From Myxococcota bacterium (GTDB lineage Bacteria > Myxococcota > Myxococcia > Myxococcales > Myxococcaceae), in contig JBMORE010000029.1 in NCBI GenBank assembly GCA_049322255.1, positions 1-32,492 of the forward strand: a stretch of DNA of 32,492 nucleotides. Reading direction: 5' to 3'. The translations under genes and the position numbers were made by a program. Under the pieces are notes generated by a model. That model was not told where the DNA came from. It ran no database searches and saw only the letters and a program-made list of their open reading frames with translations. Of this stretch, positions 19,091 to 27,167 are shown piece after piece (position 1 is the first letter of the stretch; every line of letters begins with the position of its first letter).

Positions 19091-22000
19091 CGGCAGCTCC
19101 TCCACTCTTTGTCCAGGTCGGGCCCAGAGAGGCCCGACGCCTCCTTGAGCACCGACAGCTCGCGCTTGGCGCCCTCCACGTCGCCGAAGCGGCAGCGCAG
19201 CGCGGCCAGGTTGGCGCGCGCCTTCTCGTAGGTGGGGTCGGCATCGAGCGCCCGGCCGTACTCCTCGCGGGCACCCATCGCCTCGCCCTGGAGGAGGAGC
19301 GCGTAGCCCAGCGCCGCGTGGGCGGAGGCGCGCGAGTCTTCCAGCTCGATGGCCCTGGTCAACGCCAGCTGCGCCAGGGGAATCTGCATCGCCCCCAGGT
19401 AGGCCAGCCCCAGCGCCTCCATCGAGGCGGCGTCGAGGGTGGCCTCGACTTTTTTCTGTTGCTCTTCGACGTTGACCGGTCGGCCGTCGGGTGGCGGGGG
19501 TAGGGGCGACTTGGCCTCGGCGGCACGGCTGCGGCAGCCGATGACCGCCGGGCTGAACACCTCGAGCTGGCCGGCGCGCGATAGACACGCCTTGAAGGCG
19601 CCATCGGCGCGCTCGCGTAAAGGGCCTACCTGCTCCTTCACCGCGCCGCGGAACTGCTGTACCTCGGCGGCGGAGAGGCCCGCGGGCATCGGAGTGGCCT
19701 CGACGACGTCGGCGATGTGCGCGTATGCCAGACCAATCTTCCACAAGGAAGCGACCGCCCACTCCGGCGAGCCCATCTGCGCCGCTTGGGCGTAGAGGCC
19801 TTCGAGCTGCTGCAGCGAGGCGACCTTCTGCTCCACGTCCGCGCTGGGCAGGCCCACGTACTCTTTGAAGAGGATGTCAGCGAGGTACCACAGCCCCTTG
19901 GCCGTCTCTTCAGACTGGCCGTTGGGGCCGTTGGCGATGGTGGTGAGCAGCTCGACCAATGCGTCTGGCTTTTCCCGTGAGGCGGTGGTGGCTTGCACCT
20001 CGGCGACGATGGCCGCTGCGCCGGCGTTCTGCTTGTCGAGCTTCAAGGCCTGCTCGGCCACCGCGCGCGCCTTCGACGGTTCCTTCATCTTCAGACGCAG
20101 CTGGGCCAGCTCGACCAGCACCTCGGCCTTCTTCGCTCCGGAGGCATCGGCGGCGGTCTCCAACAGCCGCACCGCTTCTTTGTGCTCGCCCATCGCCCGC
20201 TTCAGACGGGCGGCGGCCAGGTAGCCGTCGAGGCCGGTGGAGTCGCCGGAGAGCTTTTGCCCCACCTGCTCGTACCACTGCGCCGCTTCGGCAAAACGCG
20301 CCGACTCGGCCGCGTGGCGCCCCAGGGTGAGCAGCACGTCGGAGAGGAATTGGGACTTGGGGTAGTCCTGCAAGAACTTGGCGCCCAGCTCGCGCTCGCG
20401 GCGCCAGTCGCGCTTCTCGCGGGCGGCGGCGAAGGCCCCGTAGAGCGCTTTTTCGCCAATCTCCGCTCCCTTGTTCTCTTCCGCCACCTTGAACAGGCCC
20501 TCCACCACGTCGCCGGTCTCCTCCGAGGACTTGAGGGCCAGCTCGCCCAGCGCCTCGCTCTTGGCGTCGGTGAGAATCTTTCTCACGTCGGCGATGAAGC
20601 CCGCCGGCAGCCGGGAGGCGATGAGCTGCTTGCCGGTGGCCTCCAGGCCCTTGAAGTCGTTGATCTGCCGGTGGGAGTCGAGGGAGAGGTTTGCGGCCAC
20701 CACCGCGTCTTTGTGCTCGGGGTGCTTCAGGGCGAACTCGCGGAACAGCTCGGCGCTCCTCTCGTACTCCCCGTCTTCGTAGTAGGCGCGGGCGATGTTG
20801 AACTTCACCTCGAGGGCGTTCTCGCTCTTGGCGTACTTGCCCAAAAAGCTCGCTCCCAAGAGCTTGAGCGCCTGCCGCGCGTCGGCGACCTCGAAGGCGT
20901 TCAAGTGCTCCACCTCCCCCGGCTTGAGCGAGGAGAAGTGGGCCAAGAGGGCGCCGTAGAGCGCCTCTTCATGCTCCTTGCTCGGCTTGCCGCTGCGCTC
21001 CTGGTAGCGGGCCAGCTCTTCGAACTGCCGCGCCGCCTCGGGGTAGACCTTGGCGGCGAAGAGCGCGTCGGCCCGGTTCTTCATGATGGTGACCACGTGC
21101 GCCTTGGGGCGGAAGAGCGCCAAGTAGCGCTCGTAGGCCTCGGCGGCCTCCAGGTAGTGCTTCTTGTCGTCCTTCTTCTGCGCCAAGACGTGCAAGGTGG
21201 TGGCGAGGTCGCGGCCCATCTCCTCCAGCTCGGCCAGCTGCTTCTTGCGGGTCGGCTCGTCGCGCGCAGGGTCGACCTTGGCCTGAATCGCCGCCCGCAC
21301 CAGGAAGCGAATGTCCTCCGGGGTGGGGAGCACCTTGTTCTTCGAGGCCTTGATGCTGTCGTAGATTTTCTGCGCCCGCTCGAGGTCGAGCTCGGGGTCG
21401 GGCTGAATCTCCATCAGCTTGCGCAGGGCGGGGATGGCGAACTCGTACTGCTGCTTGATGAAGTAGCGGTTGCCCAGCTTGTCGAGCGCCAGCGCGTAGG
21501 TGGCGCGCGACTCGGAGAGCTTCTCGAAGTAGTTGAGCGCTCCCTGGGGCTTTCTCGCTTCGGTGTAGCTGTAGACCAAGTCGAGCAGGGCCTCGCGCTT
21601 GACGTTCAAAGCCTTGGAGGCGTCTTGCCCGGGCAAGGGTGCGCTCGCCGCCGCCGCCTCGAAGAAGGTGACCGCCTCGGCGTGGTTGGACTGGTTGATG
21701 CGAATCCACCCCATCTTGTAGCGGGCGAGGTCGTGCACCGGGGAGGCGGGGGCGTCGAGAATCGCCTTGTAGTGCTTCTCGGCCTGGGCGAGGTCGGCTT
21801 TGTCGAAGAAGTAGTCGCCCAAAATCTGCTCGGCGTCGAGGCGCAAGGGGCTCGAGGGGTATTTTTTGATGAGCTCGCCCAGCGTCTTGAGCAGGGTGTC
21901 GAACTCGCCCAGCTCGCGCTGCTCGTGGGCCAGGTAGAAGGTGACCTTGTCCCCGTCTTTGAAGTCGGGCCACTCGCGCAAGATGCGGTTGTAGAGCTGA

Positions 22001-22326
22001 ATCGCCTTCTGCTTGAGCAGCTTGGTCTCGGGAGAGACCATCGCTCCCTTGGCTCCTTCCGCCCGGGTCTCCGCCTGCAGGTAGTAGACGTAGCGGCTCT
22101 TCTCCACGTACAGCTCGGCGAGGCGGAACTGGAGGTCGGGCAGGTACGGGGCGTTGCGGCTCTTGGCGATGAGCCGGTCGGTCTCGCCGATGGAGCGGTC
22201 GACCTTGAAGATGTCGCGGCGCAGCTTGACGATCAGCTCGGCCTTTTCTTTTTGCTTGGAGACGATGGGGTTGAAGGGCGTCTGGGACAGAGTGAGCGCC
22301 AGCGCGACGCAAGGAAGAACGCTCAT
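19087..22326 (-). CDS. Large exported TPR protein, GltD/AgmU (NfsD)-like
   Basis: ATG 22326 overlaps the upstream TGA; FRLAELY near the N-terminus, many TPRs, SPEWAVASLWKIG...PMPAGL segment recalled as typical of GltD C-termini, then extra TPRs. Confidence 0.8.
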   Translation of the reverse strand: MSVLPCVALALTLSQTPFNPIVSKQKEKAELIVKLRRDIFKVDRSIGETDRLIAKSRNAPYLPDLQFRLAELYVEKSRYVYYLQAETRAEGAKGAMVSPETKLLKQKAIQLYNRILREWPDFKDGDKVTFYLAHEQRELGEFDTLLKTLGELIKKYPSSPLRLDAEQILGDYFFDKADLAQAEKHYKAILDAPASPVHDLARYKMGWIRINQSNHAEAVTFFEAAAASAPLPGQDASKALNVKREALLDLVYSYTEARKPQGALNYFEKLSESRATYALALDKLGNRYFIKQQYEFAIPALRKLMEIQPDPELDLERAQKIYDSIKASKNKVLPTPEDIRFLVRAAIQAKVDPARDEPTRKKQLAELEEMGRDLATTLHVLAQKKDDKKHYLEAAEAYERYLALFRPKAHVVTIMKNRADALFAAKVYPEAARQFEELARYQERSGKPSKEHEEALYGALLAHFSSLKPGEVEHLNAFEVADARQALKLLGASFLGKYAKSENALEVKFNIARAYYEDGEYERSAELFREFALKHPEHKDAVVAANLSLDSHRQINDFKGLEATGKQLIASRLPAGFIADVRKILTDAKSEALGELALKSSEETGDVVEGLFKVAEENKGAEIGEKALYGAFAAAREKRDWRRERELGAKFLQDYPKSQFLSDVLLTLGRHAAESARFAEAAQWYEQVGQKLSGDSTGLDGYLAAARLKRAMGEHKEAVRLLETAADASGAKKAEVLVELAQLRLKMKEPSKARAVAEQALKLDKQNAGAAAIVAEVQATTASREKPDALVELLTTIANGPNGQSEETAKGLWYLADILFKEYVGLPSADVEQKVASLQQLEGLYAQAAQMGSPEWAVASLWKIGLAYAHIADVVEATPMPAGLSAAEVQQFRGAVKEQVGPLRERADGAFKACLSRAGQLEVFSPAVIGCRSRAAEAKSPLPPPPDGRPVNVEEQQKKVEATLDAASMEALGLAYLGAMQIPLAQLALTRAIELEDSRASAHAALGYALLLQGEAMGAREEYGRALDADPTYEKARANLAALRCRFGDVEGAKRELSVLKEASGLSGPDLDKEWRSCR

Positions 22327-23819
22327 TGGGCGGTCTCCTCGATGCAGCGGCTCTTGAGCGAGAAGCGGTAGCTGCGCAGCTCGTCGTTCCAGTACTCCCC
22401 GCCGAACTGGAAGGCCACCTGCGCCGGGGCGAGCGCCTCCTCCTCGAGGTTGGTGACCAGCTTGGCCCCCCGCTTGACCCGCTCGTAGAGCTTGAGGCCC
22501 ACCTCGTACTCCATCAGCCGCACCTGCTCGGCGGCGCGCAAGAGCTTGTCCGCCTCGGAACGCACGCTTTCCTTCAGCCGCACCTCGAACACCCGCGTGC
22601 CTTCGGCGTAGGCCAAGTCGTAGAGCTTGTTCAAATAGGAGAACAGCCGGTCGCCGAAGCTGCCTGCGTACCGCCCGAGCTTCTCCCCTTCCAGCTGCAA
22701 ACCGTCGAGGAACTGGCGGGCGCGCAAGGTGGGGCCGTGGGAGCTGGCGGCGCGCCGAAGCCGCATGTCCTGGGTCAAGTCTTCGCGCTCGCGAATCGCC
22801 TCCAGCGAGTCGGCGAAGCGGCGGGTGAGCTCTTTGGCGGCGCGCTTGGCCGGCAGGTAATGGCACAGGTCGCGGTAGACGAGCGCCCGCAAGATGTACT
22901 TGTCAGGCAAGAATTCGTCGCGGAAGGAGGGCGCGTCCAACGTGGTGAGAATGCCCATCGCCGCGTGCACCTGGCCCAGCTGGTAGCGCGTCCACGCCTC
23001 CTCCAAGTAGAGGGTGGCCTGCCCCGGGTCGAGCGGCGGCAGCTTCACCTGGCTGTAGGCCTCGAGCGCGCCGGTGAAGTCGCCCTGCTCGTAGCGCAAA
23101 CGCGCCACCGCCATCATCGAGTCGTTGCGCGCCTCGGGGGTGAGCAGCTGGTCTTTGGACAGCTCGAGGAACTGCTCGATCATCTCCTTGGGCAGATCCT
23201 TCTTGGTCGTCTTCAGGCGGGTCACCAGCATCACGTACTTGGCGCGGCTGTGCTCGCTCGAGCCCTCCGGGAGCTTGGCGAAGTGGGTGTTGGCCCACCG
23301 CTCGTTGCCCACCCGCAAGTCGACCAGCCCCTGCTGGTAGTGCGCGTAGCCCGAAATCTCCTCGGGGAGGAAGCCCAAGTCGAGCGAGCCGAACACCTGC
23401 TCGTCGATCATCCGTTCGTCGTGCGGCAAGTCGGTGAGGGTGCGCAGCTCCTCGAGCGCTTTGGGGAGCACCGCAGGGTTACTGCGCTCGCGGGCGATGC
23501 GCGCCAGGTACACCGCCCCGGCGTGGCGAAGCCCCAAGTCGATGAGGCTTTTGGCCAAGAAGTACTGCGCCCAGGCGTAGTTCTCGTCGGTCTGGGCGAC
23601 GTTCTCGGTGAAGAGGAAGAGCTTGGGGGCGGCGTCCTTGGGGTTGCCGGCAAAGTACGCCTCCAGCGCTTCGTCGAAGACCTTGGGGTCGACCTTCACC
23701 GGGGCGGGAGGGGGAGGGGCGGCGTCGGGCTTGGGGTCAGGCGGACCTTCCGCGAAGGAAAGAGAGCCGGCCAAGAAAAGCGCCCCGACGAGCGCCGGTG
23801 CACGCGTCATCGCTTTCAC
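22323..23819 (-). CDS. Exported TPR-like protein, GltC (NfsC)-like
   Basis: signal peptide; EEAWTRY...ILTTLDAPSF...LC segment and C-terminal FGGEYWNDELRSY...C resembling GltC; start GTG 23819 or ATG 23810. Confidence 0.8.
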   Translation of the reverse strand: MKAMTRAPALVGALFLAGSLSFAEGPPDPKPDAAPPPPAPVKVDPKVFDEALEAYFAGNPKDAAPKLFLFTENVAQTDENYAWAQYFLAKSLIDLGLRHAGAVYLARIARERSNPAVLPKALEELRTLTDLPHDERMIDEQVFGSLDLGFLPEEISGYAHYQQGLVDLRVGNERWANTHFAKLPEGSSEHSRAKYVMLVTRLKTTKKDLPKEMIEQFLELSKDQLLTPEARNDSMMAVARLRYEQGDFTGALEAYSQVKLPPLDPGQATLYLEEAWTRYQLGQVHAAMGILTTLDAPSFRDEFLPDKYILRALVYRDLCHYLPAKRAAKELTRRFADSLEAIREREDLTQDMRLRRAASSHGPTLRARQFLDGLQLEGEKLGRYAGSFGDRLFSYLNKLYDLAYAEGTRVFEVRLKESVRSEADKLLRAAEQVRLMEYEVGLKLYERVKRGAKLVTNLEEEALAPAQVAFQFGGEYWNDELRSYRFSLKSRCIEETAQ

Positions 23820-23823
23820 CTCG

Positions 23824-24438
23824 TCACTCCGTGGCGCCGAAGTTGAGCGCCGCCAAAAGCTGAATGGTGAGCACGTTGAACGGGCGCTCGCTCAAGACCA
23901 GGTTGTTGGTGAGGTCGAGGCGGTAGGAGACATAGCGGTTCTGGAACAGCCGCGCCCCCAGGCCCACGTTCACCGCGGGGCGAAAGGCGTTGGTGAACTT
24001 GAAAACGGTGGCGCCGCCGATGAAGTGGGCGCTGAAGTGGAGCACGCTCTTATTGAGGAAGGCGGTCTTCCCGTACATCGGGCTCCAGAAAAGGTCGCTG
24101 CCCACCATGTACTGCACCTCGTCGAAGGCGGTGGGGAGCACCCCGAAGTCGCGCTCCAGCTGCTCGCGCAGGCCGGTGTTGAGGTTGTAGCTGTACGCCC
24201 CGCGGCCCACCTGCCAGGCGAAGCTGTCGGTGAAGTGGTAGGTGTAGCTCACCTGGCCGTAGAAGCCCTTGTAGAAGGCATCGAGCGGCAGCGAGCCCAA
24301 GCCCAGCGTCAGCTCGTGGCTCATCCGAAAGGCGCGCTCCTGTACCGCCGCCACCGTTCCGGGGTTCTCCAGCTCCTCCACCTGCGCTGTCGCCAGCGTT
24401 GGAGCCAACACCGCCAATCCCACGAGGACAGCACGCAT
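23824..24438 (-). CDS. Outer-membrane beta-barrel protein, GltA/GltB (NfsA/B)-like
   Basis: ATG 24438 with GGGAGA RBS; AVQER...HEL, DAFYK, YHFTD and WSPMYGK motifs of the myxobacterial Glt OMP family. Confidence 0.82.
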   Translation of the reverse strand: MRAVLVGLAVLAPTLATAQVEELENPGTVAAVQERAFRMSHELTLGLGSLPLDAFYKGFYGQVSYTYHFTDSFAWQVGRGAYSYNLNTGLREQLERDFGVLPTAFDEVQYMVGSDLFWSPMYGKTAFLNKSVLHFSAHFIGGATVFKFTNAFRPAVNVGLGARLFQNRYVSYRLDLTNNLVLSERPFNVLTIQLLAALNFGATE

Positions 24439-24528
24439 CGAGGTTCTCCCTATGCGAAAAGTCGGTGAAAGCGCCGCCACCAGCGCACCTTCACAGGCGC
24501 GAGACATTAGCCGTGATTTTTGGGGGTG

Positions 24529-26655
24529 TCAGTACCCGACCGAGTTGAACAGGAAGGGGTAGCTGACGATGACGATGCCGCCCTTGGGCTTGGGGAAGAC
24601 CCATTTCTTCAGGCTACCGAGGATGCAGCCCTCCACCGCCGCGTTTCGCAAGGTCGAGCTCTTGGTCTTGGCGGTCATCACCACACCGGTGGCGCCGATC
24701 GACCACTCCAGCACCACTTTGCCGGCCAGGCCCGGGTCCTTGAGCAGCGCGCGCTCGTAGCAGCCGCGCACCTCCTGCAGGTGACTGTTGACCACCTTGG
24801 CCACCGCCTCACGGTCGATGCTGCCCTGGGCCACGCCGATGGTTCGGGTGGTGGCGCGGGTGACGGTGCCCCCCACCGCGCCTCGGCCTACGCCGCCTGC
24901 GCCCAGCGCGCCGATGCCGCCTCCGCCCTTGCCGCGCAAAATCTCCGCTCCCTTGGTGCCAAAGCCGCCGCCTCCACCGCCGCCCAAGCCGAAGGTGCCC
25001 AGGCCGGCGTTGGCGATGGGCGCTTTGCCCAAAAGGCCCGAGAGCTTGTAGTTGCTGTTCTTGGCGAGCTTGCTGCCCGGGCCGTTGCCCAGCTTGTCCA
25101 CCGCCGCGAGAATGTCGCCTGCCGCCGGGCCCGCGGCCGACAGCTTGGCCAGCGCTTTGAGTGCCTTGCTCTCCGGCGCGGAGGCGACCGGAGGCGGCGT
25201 CTTCTCCTTGCCCTTGGTGACCTCGCGCTCCTTGACGACGACCTTCTTCTCCTTCTCCACCTTCTTGGCCTTGAGCTCTTCGAGCTTCTTTTTCGCCTCT
25301 TCCTTCTTCTTCGGCTCGGGGGCGATGAGCCGCACCGCCACCGGGGGCAGGTTTTTCTGCTGGAAGTCAGCGGTGTCCGCGGGCTTGGGAGCGAGCGCCA
25401 AGAAGGCCCCGCCGCCGCCCACGAACACGGCGAGCAGGAACACCAGCAAGAAGGGCACGCCCGCCAGCGGGTTGACGAACGGCCTCTTGATGGGCGGCTG
25501 GACGTAGGCCACCAGCGTCATCTGGCCCTCGGAGAAGCGCGCGGCCATGCCGTCGGAGAGGGTGAGGAAGCGCCGCCCGCCGTCCACTTCGAGCTGGTCG
25601 CTGCTCAACGGATGGAAGTCCTGGTTCCGCCCCTTCTCCACCGCCGCGTGGCGGGGCACGTAGACCCTGTAGGCATCGCCCACCTGCTCGGCGATGACGA
25701 AGGGTTCGTCGGGCAAGGTAAACCCGTAAAGAGGAAGGCTGGCCTTGTCGTCGGCGGCAGCGATGACCGGTTTTTTCGGCTTGATGGTTCCAAAGGAGCG
25801 CGCGTCGCGGCGGAGGTCGCCCCAGTAGAGCTCGAAGAACAGCTTGGGCCTTTTGGCCACCTTGTCGGCGCCGGTGAGGGAAGGCAGCGACGGTCGAAGG
25901 GCAGCAGCGACGGCGCGTCCCGCGGAGCGAGGTGCGGGCGGCTTGGGAGGCGCCGCCTTCGGGCGCTCGGCCCGGGTCGGCGGCTCGGGAGCGTGCGAGG
26001 GCACGGTGCCGCTCATCAGGTCCGCCATCTCCAAGCTCTGCGTCTCGACGATGTCATCGTCGAAGGACACCGGGCGCAGGTGGGCGGTCTTGCCCGGCTC
26101 CGAGGAGGGGTTCATTCCCGAAGCCACCACGGGAGCGGCGGCCATGCGCCTTGCCGAGAGCATGGTGGCAGGGGCGGAGGCGGCCGGCGTCGGCATCTTC
26201 CCGTATTGCTGGGGCGGAGGGCGCGGCGGGGCGGCAGGAGCCGCAGTGGGCGCCGGGGCGGCTTTCTTCGGTGCCGGCTGCGGCATGGGCGTGCTCTTGA
26301 GCAGCGCCGCGACCTCCGGCGGAGGGGCGGGCTTGGCCGCCGGTTTTTGTCCGATGACGCGCACCTTGAGGGAGAAAGGCCCGCAGGTCACCTCGTCCAC
26401 CGGGCGCACCTCGCAGGCGGTCACCCGGTGCCCGTTGACGAAAACCCCGGAGGTGCCGCCCTGGTCCTGCACCGCGGCCTTGCCGTTTTGAAAGTAGAGG
26501 ACGGCGTGGTTCGGCTCGACGGTGGTGTCGTCCAGCCGCAGGTCGCAGGTAGGTGCAGAGCCGACAACGTAGGTGCCGGGAACGAACACCTCGGTGCCCA
26601 CGAGCAGGCCATCGCGAAGGATGACCACTTGCAGGACGGCGGCTTGTCCGCTCAC
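24529..26655 (-). CDS. FHA + transmembrane + TonB-C-like protein, GltG/PglI (NfsG)-like
   Basis: N-terminal FHA-like domain (VVGSAPTCDLRLDD...HAVL...GVFVNG), Pro/Ala linker, one TM helix, Lys/Glu- and Gly-rich spacer, C-terminal IDREAV...CYERALLKDPGLAGKV...FPKPKGG...YPF. Confidence 0.88.
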   Translation of the reverse strand: MSGQAAVLQVVILRDGLLVGTEVFVPGTYVVGSAPTCDLRLDDTTVEPNHAVLYFQNGKAAVQDQGGTSGVFVNGHRVTACEVRPVDEVTCGPFSLKVRVIGQKPAAKPAPPPEVAALLKSTPMPQPAPKKAAPAPTAAPAAPPRPPPQQYGKMPTPAASAPATMLSARRMAAAPVVASGMNPSSEPGKTAHLRPVSFDDDIVETQSLEMADLMSGTVPSHAPEPPTRAERPKAAPPKPPAPRSAGRAVAAALRPSLPSLTGADKVAKRPKLFFELYWGDLRRDARSFGTIKPKKPVIAAADDKASLPLYGFTLPDEPFVIAEQVGDAYRVYVPRHAAVEKGRNQDFHPLSSDQLEVDGGRRFLTLSDGMAARFSEGQMTLVAYVQPPIKRPFVNPLAGVPFLLVFLLAVFVGGGGAFLALAPKPADTADFQQKNLPPVAVRLIAPEPKKKEEAKKKLEELKAKKVEKEKKVVVKEREVTKGKEKTPPPVASAPESKALKALAKLSAAGPAAGDILAAVDKLGNGPGSKLAKNSNYKLSGLLGKAPIANAGLGTFGLGGGGGGGFGTKGAEILRGKGGGGIGALGAGGVGRGAVGGTVTRATTRTIGVAQGSIDREAVAKVVNSHLQEVRGCYERALLKDPGLAGKVVLEWSIGATGVVMTAKTKSSTLRNAAVEGCILGSLKKWVFPKPKGGIVIVSYPFLFNSVGY

Positions 26656-26695
26656 AACGAGGCTCCTTGCGCAGTCACGTCAGACGACCTTGGCG

Positions 26696-27043
26696 CTATT
26701 CGTCGTACACGGCGCCGATGATCTCCTCACGAAAGCTTTCGCGCTTTTTGATCATCGAGCGAGTTTTTAGTTCCTTGCGGTCGTACAAATAGACCGCTCC
26801 CGACTTGTTGGACTGGCCTTGAATCAGGCGATCGTCGAAGTCGATGCGCGTGGGTCCACGTCCCGGGGGAGGTCCGCTGGTCGGCGCGGGTGCGGGCTCG
26901 TCGAGGGGGGCCGTCTCGCTGGGCTTGATTTTCACCGTCGGCGCCGACTTCTTGGACGCTCCCCGCTTCGCCCGCCTTTGGGCCAGCGCGTCGGCACCCA
27001 AGAACGCGATCGCTGCGAGGACGAGGGGCAGGAAGCGGCGCAT
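26696..27043 (-). CDS. Small exported protein, GltF/CglF (NfsF)-like
   Basis: ATG 27043; signal peptide MRRFLPLVLAAIAFLGADALA; C-terminal IDFDDRLIQG...SMIKKRESFREEI. Confidence 0.78.
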   Translation of the reverse strand: MRRFLPLVLAAIAFLGADALAQRRAKRGASKKSAPTVKIKPSETAPLDEPAPAPTSGPPPGRGPTRIDFDDRLIQGQSNKSGAVYLYDRKELKTRSMIKKRESFREEIIGAVYDE

Positions 27044-27167
27044 CACGAACGAACTAAATCGAAGCGAGAGGTGAGGCGTCAAGGCGTACACGTCGGCGCC
27101 ACCCTCTTTCCCGTGAGCGGTTTGTTTCCCAGCTGCTTCCCCGAGCAGGTTGTGCAACCCTGCCGCA

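Noticed and set aside
24840..25330. Gly-rich and Lys/Glu-rich low-complexity DNA repeats
   Set aside because: Normal periplasmic spacer of TonB/GltG-type proteins, not an independent repeat element
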